A DNA stretch of 64,000 bases, taken from contig QZJF01000005.1 of NCBI GenBank assembly GCA_003599255.1, positions 32,985-96,984 of the forward strand, read 5' to 3'. Origin of the DNA: a candidate division WWE3 bacterium. Its GTDB lineage: Bacteria; Patescibacteriota; WWE3; UBA101185; UBA10185. A program made the position numbers and the translations under genes. Below the pieces are notes generated by a model. The model was not told where the DNA came from, did not search any database, and was given only the letters and a program-made list of their open reading frames with translations. Shown piece by piece: positions 1 through 11,700 of the stretch. Position 1 is the first letter of the stretch; every line of letters starts with the position of its first letter.

Positions 1-390
1 CTTTGGGATATTCAAGGTAACAAGTTTCACGAAATATTGTGGAAGATGTTACATATAGTCGACAACTATAATCCCGATATGACTGTAAAAGTCTTAGAAG
101 AAGGGTATGAAACCATTTCAATTTGGAATCAAGAGGATGTTAAAAGCATACAAAACAAACAATTAGTTGAAGATATAAATTTAAATTTACTCATTTTGAA
201 ATCCATGCATAGCGACCAATTTTGGTGGGCAAGTAATATGACCATCTATGATAAACATCTTTTTAGTCCATTAATGATCGAAAACTCCGTTAATATGTAC
301 AGAAAGATTGCACCTATGTTAAATAATGAAAATCTTTTTAATGAAATCACCGCATTATGTGATGAAGTATCTCTACTTTTGAAATCCTAA
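1..390 (+). CDS. GH57-family glycoside hydrolase, C-terminal part (gene starts before the window)
   Basis: Frame is open from base 1 (LWDIQGNKFHEILWK, similar to LWRDPENPIHALQWE of the next gene) and contains SDQFWWAS, matching SDQYWWAS of the downstream GH57. Confidence 0.7.
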   Translation, partial: LWDIQGNKFHEILWKMLHIVDNYNPDMTVKVLEEGYETISIWNQEDVKSIQNKQLVEDINLNLLILKSMHSDQFWWASNMTIYDKHLFSPLMIENSVNMYRKIAPMLNNENLFNEITALCDEVSLLLKS

Positions 391-396
391 TTATCT

Positions 397-2013
397 ATGA
401 AAATAGCAGTTTTACTCCATTTTTATCAGCCGGTGAACCAACAATTGGATATTCTAAATAGAATCGTCCACGAGAGTTATTTGCCTTTAACAAGGGGATT
501 GCTTAAGTCCAAGAAGGGGAAGATTATTATTAATTTTAACGGATCCCTGGTCGATTTACTTAATGGTGACCTGTTCAAAGATACTGACACTGCGGGCATA
601 GACACTTCTGTGTATAAAGAAGTACTCGATAATATAAGAAAACTCTACGAAGACGGAAGAGTTGAGCTTACAGGGAGCGCAAAATATCATCCGTTTCTTC
701 CCTTAATTCCCGAAGAAGAAATACAAAATCAAATCAATATCAACAATAAAAGTAATATACAGGCGTTTGGTGCTCAATATAAGCCTACAGGATTCTTTTC
801 ACCGGAAATGGCTGTGTCCGATAAAGTTATGTCGGTTGTAAAAGAGCAGGGATATACATGGGTCGCAAGTCCGGAATTGTCATTTAAGAGTGATAACCCC
901 GACACGTATAAGATGTATAAGGATCGCAAATCGGGTCTAAAATTGTTGTTCAGGAATAAAAGAGTCAGTTCCATAATTTTGTCTTCTGTTTGTCGGGATG
1001 TTGAAGATCTTCTAAAAGAAACAAAGGATATATACGAGAAAGATAATTACTGGTTTTGTGTCATGGACGCCGAAACTTTTGGGCATCATAGGATAGGTCA
1101 TGAAAAATTCCTTTTTGAAATACTTGACAGCCCTTATTTTGAGCCGGTGACAGTTTCTGACATACTTTCTATGAACATGCCGGAAGAAGAAGTTGACATA
1201 AGACCCAGCACTTGGAGTAACGAGGAACAGGACTTCTGGTTGGACAGAGAAAGGAATGTACCTACAGAGGCACGTTCTTTCATATTATGGAGGGACCCGG
1301 AAAATCCTATTCACGCTCTTCAGTGGGAATTGACAAATAACGTCATAGATGTGCTTAAAAATCACAAAAATAAGGATTCCCCCGAGTACGTAGAAGCGCG
1401 TGAACTTATGGACAAGGCGATTGCTTCTGATCAGTATTGGTGGGCATCTGCAAAACCGTGGTGGAGCCTGGAGATGGTGGAACAGGGTGCCTATGAAACT
1501 AAAAAAGTTCTAGAAATTCTAAAAGCATCGCCCGACATACTGGAAAAAGCCGACAGAATATACAGAAATATTTTGGATTTGGCATTCGAGTGGCAGAGGG
1601 AGGGGATAATAAGAAAAAGACATTTGTCACACTCCGGTACATATTTGAAAGACACTTTCAAAAAACGTACTCCTCCGGATTGGTACAATCTTATGGTTCT
1701 GGAGCTTGAATTTGAAATGAAGGCATCTGCAGAACGGCGTGACTTTGAGAAAGCAATAAAGTGGAGAGATGCTCTAATAAAAATGGAAAACGGAAACGAT
1801 GTCTATGATGTACTTCATGTAGTCGATGAATTATGGTCTGCCAAACATCTTCCGACTATTAAAGCCTTTCTGCAGCATGATTGGGAGGAATTGAGCGATT
1901 TTTCTAAACAGTATTTTATTGACAGAGCCGGAAATAAAATAACACGCGAAGCGTTTGAGCTCTGGAAAAAAGAATTAGGCCATTTGTACGAGACAAAGAA
2001 GGAAGATAAATAG
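397..2013 (+). CDS. GH57-family glycoside hydrolase (amylase/branching-type) with C-terminal UVR-like motif
   Basis: GH57 motifs HFYQP, ESYLP, GSAKYHPFLPL, FSPEMA (nucleophile Glu), MDAETFGHH (acid/base Asp), SDQYWW; adjacent to glycogen synthase. Confidence 0.85.
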   Translation: MKIAVLLHFYQPVNQQLDILNRIVHESYLPLTRGLLKSKKGKIIINFNGSLVDLLNGDLFKDTDTAGIDTSVYKEVLDNIRKLYEDGRVELTGSAKYHPFLPLIPEEEIQNQININNKSNIQAFGAQYKPTGFFSPEMAVSDKVMSVVKEQGYTWVASPELSFKSDNPDTYKMYKDRKSGLKLLFRNKRVSSIILSSVCRDVEDLLKETKDIYEKDNYWFCVMDAETFGHHRIGHEKFLFEILDSPYFEPVTVSDILSMNMPEEEVDIRPSTWSNEEQDFWLDRERNVPTEARSFILWRDPENPIHALQWELTNNVIDVLKNHKNKDSPEYVEARELMDKAIASDQYWWASAKPWWSLEMVEQGAYETKKVLEILKASPDILEKADRIYRNILDLAFEWQREGIIRKRHLSHSGTYLKDTFKKRTPPDWYNLMVLELEFEMKASAERRDFEKAIKWRDALIKMENGNDVYDVLHVVDELWSAKHLPTIKAFLQHDWEELSDFSKQYFIDRAGNKITREAFELWKKELGHLYETKKEDK

Positions 2014-2055
2014 GTATCTATTTCAAATTTATCCATCTTTTGATAACCTGTGTAT

Positions 2056-3474
2056 ATGAAAGTATTGCTGCCCGCATCCGAAGTTGCGCCGATAATAAAA
2101 CTGGGGGGACTGGGGGACGTTGTAGGTTCCTTGCCTAAGGCTCTTGCAGAGCTTGGTGTCAACGTAGACGTAATTGTTCCTTTCTACCCATTTGCCAAAG
2201 TTGAGAATTTAAAACTCTATAAAAGTTTGGAGCTAAATGTCCCTTATGAGGGGACAAATGTTCCGGTAGAGGTTTATAAGACCAAACTCCCTGATTCTGA
2301 TGTAGATGTAATTTTGCTTAAGAATCATAAGTATTTTTCCGATTACGGAAAGAAAAAATCCGTTGGAGAAATTTCTGAGATTGATATGTTTTCCTTTTTT
2401 GACAGGGCAGTGGTTGAATATATTAAATCCGGGTTTAACACTTACGATCTGATTCACTGTAACGATTGGCACACAGGTATGATCACCCATTTACTTAGTG
2501 ATGAGCTTGAAAAATCGCGTCCCGCTACGCTTTTTACAGTACATAATCTTTTATATCAAGGCATAAGTTCCGCAGATTTGATCAATGATTTAGGAATAAT
2601 ACCCGGCATGCACCCCCTGATAGATTGGGACATCGCAGACGGAGATATAAACTTTATGCAGCAGGGAATCACCTCAAGTGACTTTGTAAACACTGTTTCT
2701 CCAACATATGCCAAGGAAATTCTTACGGAAGAATATGGCGGGAGTTTTGCCGATATTCTTAAAGCAAGAGAGGGGAGGCTCATGGGGATTTTAAATGGTA
2801 TAGACTACACCAGTTTCCCTAGAGAGTTTAATGAATCGAATTGGCAGGAAATTAAACCTAAATTAAAGTCGCGGCTCATTAAAGAGTTTGAACTTGATAA
2901 CGACGGGTCAAAACCCATAATTTCATTTGTAGGACGACTGGATCCCAACCAGAAAGGATTAGACATATTATGTGAAGCACTGCCAAATATCCTGGATCAA
3001 GACGTCAATTTTGTGTTACTGGGGGATGGAGATGACGTATGGAAACAGAAGTTGCTTGATATATCAAAGGAGACTAAATACAAAGGAAACCTTGGGCTAA
3101 AACTGGCATTCGATGTAGAACTTGCTAAATCAATATATTCCGGCAGTGACTTTCTTGTTGTTCCCTCCAAGTATGAACCTTGCGGGTTAATTCAGATGAT
3201 ATCAATGTGGTATGGTACTTTGCCAGTAGTTAGAGATACCGGAGGGCTGAAAGATAGTGTCAAAGACGGAAAGACAGGTATAAAATTCACTGACTATAAG
3301 TCGGAAAGCCTTTTTGATGCTGTTAAGAAAGCCAAAGACATATTTTATGGACCCGCCATGGTGGAAATGGTAAACGCTGCAATTCGTGAGGATTTTAGTT
3401 GGAAAAAAAGTGCGATGTCATATAGTGACCTGTATAAAAAAGTTGTTCAATTACGCCTAGATGCGTTGAAATAA
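2056..3474 (+). CDS. glgA: Glycogen synthase (GT5)
   Basis: KLGGLGDV ADP-glucose motif, IHCNDWHT, FTVHNL, GILNGID, PSKYEPCGL, TGGLKDSV. Start moved to the ATG at 2056. Confidence 0.92.
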   Translation: MKVLLPASEVAPIIKLGGLGDVVGSLPKALAELGVNVDVIVPFYPFAKVENLKLYKSLELNVPYEGTNVPVEVYKTKLPDSDVDVILLKNHKYFSDYGKKKSVGEISEIDMFSFFDRAVVEYIKSGFNTYDLIHCNDWHTGMITHLLSDELEKSRPATLFTVHNLLYQGISSADLINDLGIIPGMHPLIDWDIADGDINFMQQGITSSDFVNTVSPTYAKEILTEEYGGSFADILKAREGRLMGILNGIDYTSFPREFNESNWQEIKPKLKSRLIKEFELDNDGSKPIISFVGRLDPNQKGLDILCEALPNILDQDVNFVLLGDGDDVWKQKLLDISKETKYKGNLGLKLAFDVELAKSIYSGSDFLVVPSKYEPCGLIQMISMWYGTLPVVRDTGGLKDSVKDGKTGIKFTDYKSESLFDAVKKAKDIFYGPAMVEMVNAAIREDFSWKKSAMSYSDLYKKVVQLRLDALK

Positions 3475-3485
3475 AAGGAAAAAAC

Positions 3486-4433
3486 ATGAGCCAATTCATA
3501 TTTGATGAACTAACCGGAATACCTACCATACTTGCCTCGAAAAGAGCAAAGAGAACCGATCAAACAGGCGCTGTATCCAGCAAAGAAAAGAGTCCTGAAG
3601 AAAAAACAGTATGTTTTTTCTGCAAGGGCAACGAACATTTAACTCCACCGGCGACTTACCAAGATGCTGACGACTGGAATGTGCGGGTTTTTAAAAACAA
3701 ATTTCCTATAGTTGACGATCATGAAATAATCGTTCATTCGCCTGAGCATGACAAGGATTTGACGGAACTTCCGCAGGATCAAAACGTTAGATACATCAGG
3801 GCTATTCTTAATAGAGTCCATTACTACACATCCAGCGGTATGGAAGTGATGGTATTTAATAATAGGGGAGGCAAGGCGGGTGCCTCGATTTTGCACCCTC
3901 ACACCCAAATAATAGCATTGGCAGGGTTTCCCGGAATTTTGGAACTGGAAAAACACGAGGCGTTGCGATATTACAACGAGCATCATTCGTGTTACTGGTG
4001 CGACATGATAAAGTCCGAGGCGGTGATAGGCGAGCGGGTGGTTTATGAATCCAAACATTTTATAGTGCTCGTTCCTAAAGCCAGCCGTTGGAGTTATGAA
4101 ATGATTCTGGTTCCGAAATCTCACAAGCCCAATTTTGAGTTTGTAGATGAAATGGAGATTAACGACTTCGCGAGAATCCTCAAGGCCGCGCTGTATGCGT
4201 ACGATCAATTGTTTAATAGACCGGACAGGAACTTTTGGATTCACACTCAACGATATGATCCTTATCACTGGCATGTCGGATTTATACCTCACATTAAAGT
4301 TGTTGGCGGGTTGGAGCTGGGAGCCGGAGTATGGGTTAGTGACAGAGCAAGTCCGGAAGATGCCGCGTTGCAGCTGGAGCCTTACGTTAAACGTATGTAT
4401 GAGGAAGGCGACGGTATTAAAACACTTGCATAA
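3486..4433 (+). CDS. galT: GalT-like nucleotidyltransferase (galactose-1-phosphate uridylyltransferase / ADP-glucose phosphorylase family)
   Basis: RAKR, CFFCKGNE, NKFP, GASILHPHTQ (HxHxQ), CYWC, YHWH. Confidence 0.8.
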   Translation: MSQFIFDELTGIPTILASKRAKRTDQTGAVSSKEKSPEEKTVCFFCKGNEHLTPPATYQDADDWNVRVFKNKFPIVDDHEIIVHSPEHDKDLTELPQDQNVRYIRAILNRVHYYTSSGMEVMVFNNRGGKAGASILHPHTQIIALAGFPGILELEKHEALRYYNEHHSCYWCDMIKSEAVIGERVVYESKHFIVLVPKASRWSYEMILVPKSHKPNFEFVDEMEINDFARILKAALYAYDQLFNRPDRNFWIHTQRYDPYHWHVGFIPHIKVVGGLELGAGVWVSDRASPEDAALQLEPYVKRMYEEGDGIKTLA

Positions 4434-4472
4434 AGCTCCGGATCATGAAGAAATAAACCTGTTAAGAAAAGG

Positions 4473-4498
4473 AAAAGCTCCCCAATTGGGGAGCTTTT
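4473..4498. terminator. Bidirectional intrinsic terminator between galT-like and rplL
   Basis: Perfect palindrome AAAAGCTCCCCAATTGGGGAGCTTTT with A/T tracts on both sides, between convergent genes. Confidence 0.8.
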
Positions 4499-4522
4499 GT
4501 ATTCAATTTAAGTTAAGCAAAA

Positions 4523-4939
4523 TTACTTCAATTCTACTTTAGCGCCTGCTTCTTCTAGTTTCTTCTTGGCGTTATCTGCGTCCTCTTTCTTTGCACCTTC
4601 CAGAATTGCCTTGGGGGCCGATTCTACAAGATTTTTTGCTTCTACAAGACCCAGTGCAGGATTGATTTCCCTTACTGCCTTGATAACGGCGATTTTATTG
4701 TCACCGGCGGCTGCTAAAACTACGTCAAACTCTGTCTTTTCTTCCTGGGGTTCTGCGGCTTCACCGTTGCCTGCTGCTGCCGGCATTGCACCCATCATCA
4801 TAGGAGCGGCTGCTGTTACCCCAAATTTCTCTTCGAGAGCTTTGACCAAGTCATTAAGTTCAAGTACGGTCATTTCGCCGACTAATTCCATGACTTTTTC
4901 TGCGTTTTTGCTTAACTTTACTTCTTTTTCGTCTGCCAT
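4523..4939 (-). CDS. rplL: 50S ribosomal protein L7/L12
   Basis: [62 protein letters not shown]; SD AGGAGGTG precedes the ATG at 4939. Confidence 0.97.
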   Translation of the reverse strand: MADEKEVKLSKNAEKVMELVGEMTVLELNDLVKALEEKFGVTAAAPMMMGAMPAAAGNGEAAEPQEEKTEFDVVLAAAGDNKIAVIKAVREINPALGLVEAKNLVESAPKAILEGAKKEDADNAKKKLEEAGAKVELK

Positions 4940-4969
4940 ATCTAACACCTCCTTTAAATATCTTATAAA

Positions 4970-5500
4970 TTATTCGTTTTTGCTGTCAGCAATTGCCGAT
5001 AGGGCGTAAACAAATTTTCTCTGCACACCCGAGAAAGTGCTGACAATACCATTGATAGGTGATTTAAGGCCGCCTACAACCTGTGCAATCAATTGTTCTC
5101 TACCGGGTAGTTTGCTTATAACTTCCACTTCATCTGCGGTGCTGTATCTACCCTCGAATATTGCCGATTTAACCTTAGGTAACTCTAATTTGTTTATGTA
5201 ATCAAAGATGATCTTTATTGGTTTTACCGGGTCGCTGTACGCGAAGATTAGCGCAGTGGGACCCTCAAGATCCTTATTTAACTCTTCATTGCCCATTTTC
5301 TTCTCGTCCAGTGCCACCTTTACAAGGGTGTTTTTGATAACTTCAAGCTCTGCATCGTTTTCTTTTAATGTCTGTCTAAGTTCACCCAGATCGGATGCCT
5401 TAAGCCCAATATAGTCAGCAAAAGTTACTGCTCTGGCTTTTTCAAGTTTTTGTTTAATTTCGTCTACTATTTCTTTGTTTTTTTCTTTTATGGTTTGCAT
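4970..5500 (-). CDS. rplJ: 50S ribosomal protein L10
   Basis: DYIGL, ELRQTL, VIKNTLVKVAL, LEGPTAL, SKLPGREQLIAQVVG; directly upstream of rplL. Confidence 0.95.
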   Translation of the reverse strand: MQTIKEKNKEIVDEIKQKLEKARAVTFADYIGLKASDLGELRQTLKENDAELEVIKNTLVKVALDEKKMGNEELNKDLEGPTALIFAYSDPVKPIKIIFDYINKLELPKVKSAIFEGRYSTADEVEVISKLPGREQLIAQVVGGLKSPINGIVSTFSGVQRKFVYALSAIADSKNE

Positions 5501-5563
5501 AAATTTTTAGTGAATATGCTATTGTTGCCGGAAATAGGCAACAAAGCACATTCTCTCCCGGGT

Positions 5564-5593
5564 AAAAAAATACCCACCAAAGACGGTGAGTAT
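5564..5593 (-). terminator. Attenuator terminator in the rplJ leader
   Basis: Minus strand reads ATACTCACC-GTCTTT-GGTGGGTAT followed by TTTTTT. Confidence 0.7.
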
Positions 5594-5660
5594 AAAACAG
5601 TTATGTCATTGCTAGAGCGATTAATTAAAATTGCATAGACTCATAGAATGACTTTGTTTA

Positions 5661-5715
5661 CCTCGGCAAGATAATTAAGCTTGTCCGTTAGGGAGCAGCC
5701 CTTGCTGTCTTTGGT
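5661..5715 (-). ncRNA. L10 leader (rplJ autoregulatory RNA element)
   Basis: Minus strand ACCAAAGACAGCAAG...TTAATTATCTTGCCGAGG matches the L10-leader pattern AGACAGyAgg...UAA...CyyrCCGAGG, upstream of rplJ. Confidence 0.85.
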
Positions 5716-5724
5716 ACAGATGCA

Positions 5725-5752
5725 AGTTTACTAGAATACCGCCCGTTGTCAA
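5725..5752 (-). promoter_or_regulatory. Sigma70 promoter for rplJ-rplL
   Basis: TTGACA (5752-5747), 16-bp spacer, TAAACT (5730-5725), immediately upstream of the L10 leader. Confidence 0.7.
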
Positions 5753-5770
5753 TAAGACACTTATATTGTT

Positions 5771-8700
5771 TTAATAACCGAAATTGACACTACCGGCGTT
5801 AAAGTCGGTTCTGATTTGGTCTGCGGTAAGAGGGTAGTTGTAAACTTTAACCTCGTCTACCAGTCCGTTAAAGAAATTTTGAGTAGTATTTAATGCCCCA
5901 ATAGTAAAAGGGGAAGTACTATCAAATATTGAACTAGGACATGTACCGGAGACAGAGGTAAATTGAGCTCGTCCATCGATATATACAATTGGGGTACTTG
6001 CATCGTAGGTAAAAGCAACATGATGCCAGTTTCCTACAACTAGCGGTGTTGTGGTTGTTGTAACCGTGCAACTAGTACCGGTGAAAGGGGCACCGTTGTC
6101 ATCGAGTAAAATGGCTACTCCGCCAAAGGGGTTAATATCAACAGAGTATGATACCTGATTGCCTCCTGCCACCCATTTGCCTATAATGCTTGCATATTCG
6201 AGGACCGTTGGATTAATCCAAGCAGTAATGGATCCCTTGGTGGTTATATCAAAAACGCTGTTATCAGTAACACTAACGTAATCATCGGTTCCGTCAAAAG
6301 CCAGTGACCCGTTTCTTTTACCGGAGGCACCATTGTACCAGGCATCTGAAGCTGACCCCGAACAAGTCCCTGCGGAGCTATGACTTCCGGATCCCCCGAT
6401 TGTAATTGTGCCATTATTGCCTCCGGACTCGTTGTTGGAAGTTCTCGAGGTATCGTTAGCTATGTCACCGCTGCATTCGTCCAATTTAAATTCCGCGACA
6501 GGTGCTCCTCTGTTGTATTCCCAAGCGATTTGTGCCGCAGTTCGAGGGTAGTTGTAGATTCTAACATCATCAAGTGTTCCGTTCAGTAAATTTGTTGAGG
6601 CTGCCTGAGCTCCAAGCAATACAGTAACGGCATTGGAGGAGGTTGTTGCGGGAATAGTACCGCTGAGAGTTAAAGCTTGTTCTTTTCCGTTGAGATAAAA
6701 CTTGAGCCTACTGGATGTTGCAAGGGAACCGTCGTATACCATGGTCCAAAGGTTCCATGTATCGGTTGTAAGTATATCGCCGGTAGTATAGCCATAGGCA
6801 GCACTTCCGTTGCTTAAGTACAGGACAACGTCATTGTTTCCACTTCCAACAGCTCCGGAACCGGCTTGCATTATTGTTCTGGCCGTGGAGTTTTGCGTTT
6901 TCGAGAAAACTGTAGCAAGGTCGGTGAGTGAATTCTGCTTTACCCATGCGGATACAGTGAATTGGGAAACACCGTCCAAATCATCGAGATCTGCAGTCGA
7001 AATGTATCCGGAAGAACCATCAAATTCGACAGCAGCTCCGATTTTACCCACCGTCCAGCTTGTTCCGGTTTGCAACGTGCCATTCTCGTTTCCGCTGTGT
7101 TCCTGCGCAATATTACTTGCTGTTGTACCTGTATTGTCATCAAGGGGCCAATGTGATATGGGGGCGGAACACGTATCAGAGCTTCCCGGCACACACATAC
7201 TTCTGCTGTCTGAGTAACTAGGTGAACCGGCGGCATCTGTTGATACTGCTCCCCAGGAAGCTGATTTCGCTCTATTAAATAGAAGTTTAATTTGGTCCGA
7301 GGTCAAAGCTGTGTCGTAGAAGGCAGTTTCGTCAATATTTCCGTTAAACTCATCTCCGTTGTCGGTTGCATCAAGGTCGCCAATTATCAGATTTGTGGCA
7401 CCGTCAAGTGAGGTTGTGGCGGAAATTGTAGTGTCGGAGTTTTGGAGTACTCCGTCCACATAAATATCTATTCGGGATGTTAAGGTTTTAACTGCTGTAA
7501 CCATGTGCCATTGGTTGTCGTAAAAATTGCGTGAGGTAGTAGCAGTGTCGTCCGGATTACATGTTGTATCGTCGTCTATTCCAAAGACCAGTTGCCCCGA
7601 AGTATTGAAATACAAAACATATCCTTTTGAGCCGGCAACACATCCTCGTCCTGCCAGATATTCGATAGACGCAGGGGCTGTAGAGGAAGACGACTTTACC
7701 CACATGTTTATGGTAAAACTTCCGGTTCCGAATGAGAATATTCCACTGGTGCTGACAGCCTTGTAAATTCCTGCCACATTATATGCTTTTCCGAATTTTC
7801 CTTCATTAGTCCAGTAACTACCGCTGGCCAAGTTATTCAAATTTAAATCCGCACTGTTTATACTTTCGTCGTAGGCAAGATTCCCGGTTCCCTCATCAAA
7901 TTTCCAATAGGCTATTGCAGATCCTACTGGAGAGCCGGGGACAGGGTGCCCGGCATTCATATCCTCAATTACTTGTGTAGATGTTCTGTCGTAATTATAA
8001 ATTTTAACTTCATCGACAGCTCCGGGCACGTAAGTTGTGTTGGCCCGGCCGATGTAGATATCCGATCCTGAGCCATCGGTTGCCGCTCCGGAAGGAGTCT
8101 GATTTTCCGTAATGGATTGCTTTACCCCGTTTATATAAATGGAAGGGTCATTGCTTGTAGAAGAAGCGTCGTAAGATACGGATATATGTGTCCAGGTTTC
8201 TTTTGGTATGTTGTATCCGGTGGTCCACTCTCCGGACACTGTCGCTCTGTCATAAGTAAAATCAATCCTCATATTATCTCCAGACTGGTCCGTATACCAC
8301 GTTCCTGCACCAGCTCCTAATATTGCCCTCGAGTTGGTATCTCCAAAATCATCCAATTTTACCCATGCAGATACCGTGCCGTTTGTGTAGTAGACGCTAT
8401 CAATTGTTGAGCCGCTTCCCACATTGATGTAGTCAGTACTTCCGTTTAGATCCAGCGCGTTTCCAAATTTACCGTTAATCCAACTCGGTGTGCCGTTTAG
8501 CGTTCCTGTATTTGAGTTTCCGCTGCTATCATAGGCAGTTGCTCCTGTTCCTTCGTCCATTTTCCAATGTCCGACAGGTCCCGGAGCCCAAAGGTATAAT
8601 TGATTTACCTCCCTTTGTGAAAGTAATCTGTTGTATACACGGACCTCATCAAGATTCCCAAGGAAAGTATCAGATGTGGAAGCGGAAAGTGAACCGATAA

Positions 8701-11700
8701 TTAAATCAGTAGTGTTTGCTACAGATCCGGTATTTCCAAAGGCTTCGTTGTCTAACAAGCCATCTATATAGATACGATGACTGCCTGTGGATTTTTCCCT
8801 GGTTAAAACCACATGGTGCCAAACTCCGTCATTGACGTCAGTGGCAGAAATAGCTGTAGTGCACGCACTACCGGATGTCCAAAAGTACACATTTCCGGAC
8901 CTGACATTTGCAAACCAATCCGACACACCGCTGCCGCAGCCTCCTAGGTCTTTGCTTATGAAGCTGTCATTAACAATATTCGTGTTGTTGGTAGTTGTGT
9001 TCATCCATAAGGAGACGGTAAAATCATCACCAAAATTTAAAGCAGAGGTTTGTGTTACAGAGATGTAATCTCCGGTTCCGTCATTGGATGTACCACGTCC
9101 ATGCTTACCAGATGTTGCCCCCACATTTCCGGCCCATGCTCCGTCATGGTTATTTCCGGAACTATCACAGGAATCATTTACACCTCCGGTACACGAGTCT
9201 GCCGCACTCTCATTCATTTTCCAATAACCTACCAGTCCATCTGTAGCAACATCATTATTAATATTTCCAAAATTTACCCCTGCTTGCGTTCCCAGTAAGT
9301 CCGTTGCTATTTGGTCTGCAGTTCTTTCGTAAGGATAAAAGACCAGCTCGTCTAAAGTTCCGGCCCAGGGATTTGATGTGGCATCACTGTCAATGCCTAC
9401 GTATAAATTACTATTAGAATCCATTGTCCCTGTTGAAACAATAGAAGTTTTGGAGTTGATCAAGACGCCGTCCATATAAATGTAAATAGTTGAAGTCCCG
9501 CTTTTTACAGCGGAGAAGTGGTGCCAGGTCGAGTCTGCGTAACTGCCATAAGTTGAAGTTGTACAAACCTCGTCATCGGGACTCCACGTTGAATCGTCAT
9601 CTACAGCAAAACATACATAACCGCTTGAGTTCATATAAATTTTGTATCCAGATGTGCCATATCTGGCCAGAATAGTATCTGTGCCCGATACTGTGGACGG
9701 GTGTCTAAACCATCCGGAAATTGTGAACGATGTGGTGCCAAAATTAAAATCACTATCTGCGTCCCTGTACAGATAGTCGTCTGTACCGTCAAATAGCAGA
9801 CTCAACGCGGTAATTCCTGTCTGACTTATGTTTGTGCGCTGCCATGTGGCTCCGGAAATGGTCAAGTCATTTTCATAAGTTGTGGAGTCGTGAGCTATAC
9901 TGCCATAGCCTTCATCAAAGTGCCATGTTGCAACGGGTTTTTGCCCCTTACCTGCAGGGAAGTAATCCACTTCGTATTGCACCTCAAATGAAACTAATCC
10001 GGCGTGGTAAGTATCTGTAACTTCAGCTTGGGAAAGTGCATCATCATAAATTCTCAGATCCGAAATGTGTGTATTTGAATGCGCAGCGTTAGTTTTATCT
10101 TGTCCTAAATAGAAGTTACCGGCTGATAGGGTAGGCGCGGAAAATGATCCACCGGTACCTGCGGCTGAGTCAACATAGATATCAAGCCCAGTTCCGGCAC
10201 TCCAGGTAGCTACAATGTGGTGCCATCCATGTTTGGTCCACGATGCCGTACTGCTTGTAGCAGAATTAGTCCCATCAGTGATTGCGATATTGTTTCCAGT
10301 TGTTTTATAGAGCTTTAGTGTTCCTGCAGATGTGTCGGCATCAAGAATTGTATGCTCAACTCCATCGTCGCCGTCCCATTCGGGATTTATCCAAACGCTT
10401 ATACTTCCTGCTGCGTCATCAATATTTGTGGAGGTTGTATAGTCAAGATCCGCTGCTGCCCTTGAGCTTGATGATTCATTTATTGTCCCGCTCCAAGTAT
10501 ATCCGGTGCCCAAGCTACCGTCCGCATAGGTTGTTGGTGCGGATTTTTCTTCCAGTACAAAGCCATCCACATAGAGGGTCTCTCCATCCGGAAGCCACAC
10601 ACCGTAATCTGCGGCCGATGCTGTACCGGTCCCGGTGTATGATAATCTCCACCATCCGCCGCCTACATTTTCGTATGTAGTGGAGCTTTGCGCGGTGCCC
10701 TGCCATACAGCTTGTGCCACCGTGTTGTCTATGGTTCCTCCTACATTTCCTGCAGTTCCTCGATATACATAAAAGGAAAATGTGTGCGTGTTGGTGTTCC
10801 CGGCATTTGTACTATGGACCAATGATGTGGCCGAACCTGCCGCCACTATTTTTGTGCTTCGGGAACCGAATTTTACATATGGTGCGCTGGTTTCTATTGT
10901 TTTAGTCAAATATTCAGGGGATTCAATTGCTGCAGCCAAAAACTTTTTACCAGATGCGGCCACGTTAGTGTAATTAGTTGTCCATCCGCTCGCAGTATCC
11001 ATAGAAACAAATGTGCCCGTGATACCGGTGGTTCCATCATCATTAGGCAAATTAACCGCTTGGTCGTCTGATAAAGTTTGGGCATTTACGGGAGATACTC
11101 CATCTTCATACGCCCAGTTGTTTGAGTAAGATTCGTTTGGATCAAAGACACTAAATCCAAAAGCTCCTGCGTTACCATCAGCGTAAGGAGTGTTCACTGC
11201 TTCTGTCATATTCTCCACTTGAAACACAAATTGTGGTGTAAATCCGGGGGCGGTTTCCGCATAATTACCGGTTGAGGTTGGAGTTGTATGAGTCCCAACC
11301 CAGGAGCTGGAAGAACTTACATCCAATGCAAGATAAAAGAAAGTGGCATTTGATGCTCCACCTGATCTTGTCGTGATAGTGAACCCGCTGGAGTCAAAAG
11401 CACTGAGCTCCCCATACCACACCAAATTTCCGTTTACCTGTGCACCGCCTACAATGCCTGTATCGATGTATCTGGTGGCCGGTGCTCCCTGGCTTGAAAT
11501 ATAAGTAAATCTGTTTGCCAATGCGTGTTGAGTTATTGTTGATCCGTTATATGTTGCCACCCCAAATGAGGAAAGATAAAATTGGGTACTTCCTACAGTA
11601 CCGTTAGTACCGAAAATTATGTCAGGCTGAAATCCCGGGGCAGTAATATCGAACGCGGAATCTTGAGTTGTTCCCAGACCCTGAGTTCCGGCATATGCCT

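Noticed and set aside
3639-4292. 217-aa minus-strand ORF inside the GalT-like gene, and similar ORFs opposite rplL, rplK and nusG
   Set aside because: Fully overlap well-supported genes on the other strand; no recognisable motifs.
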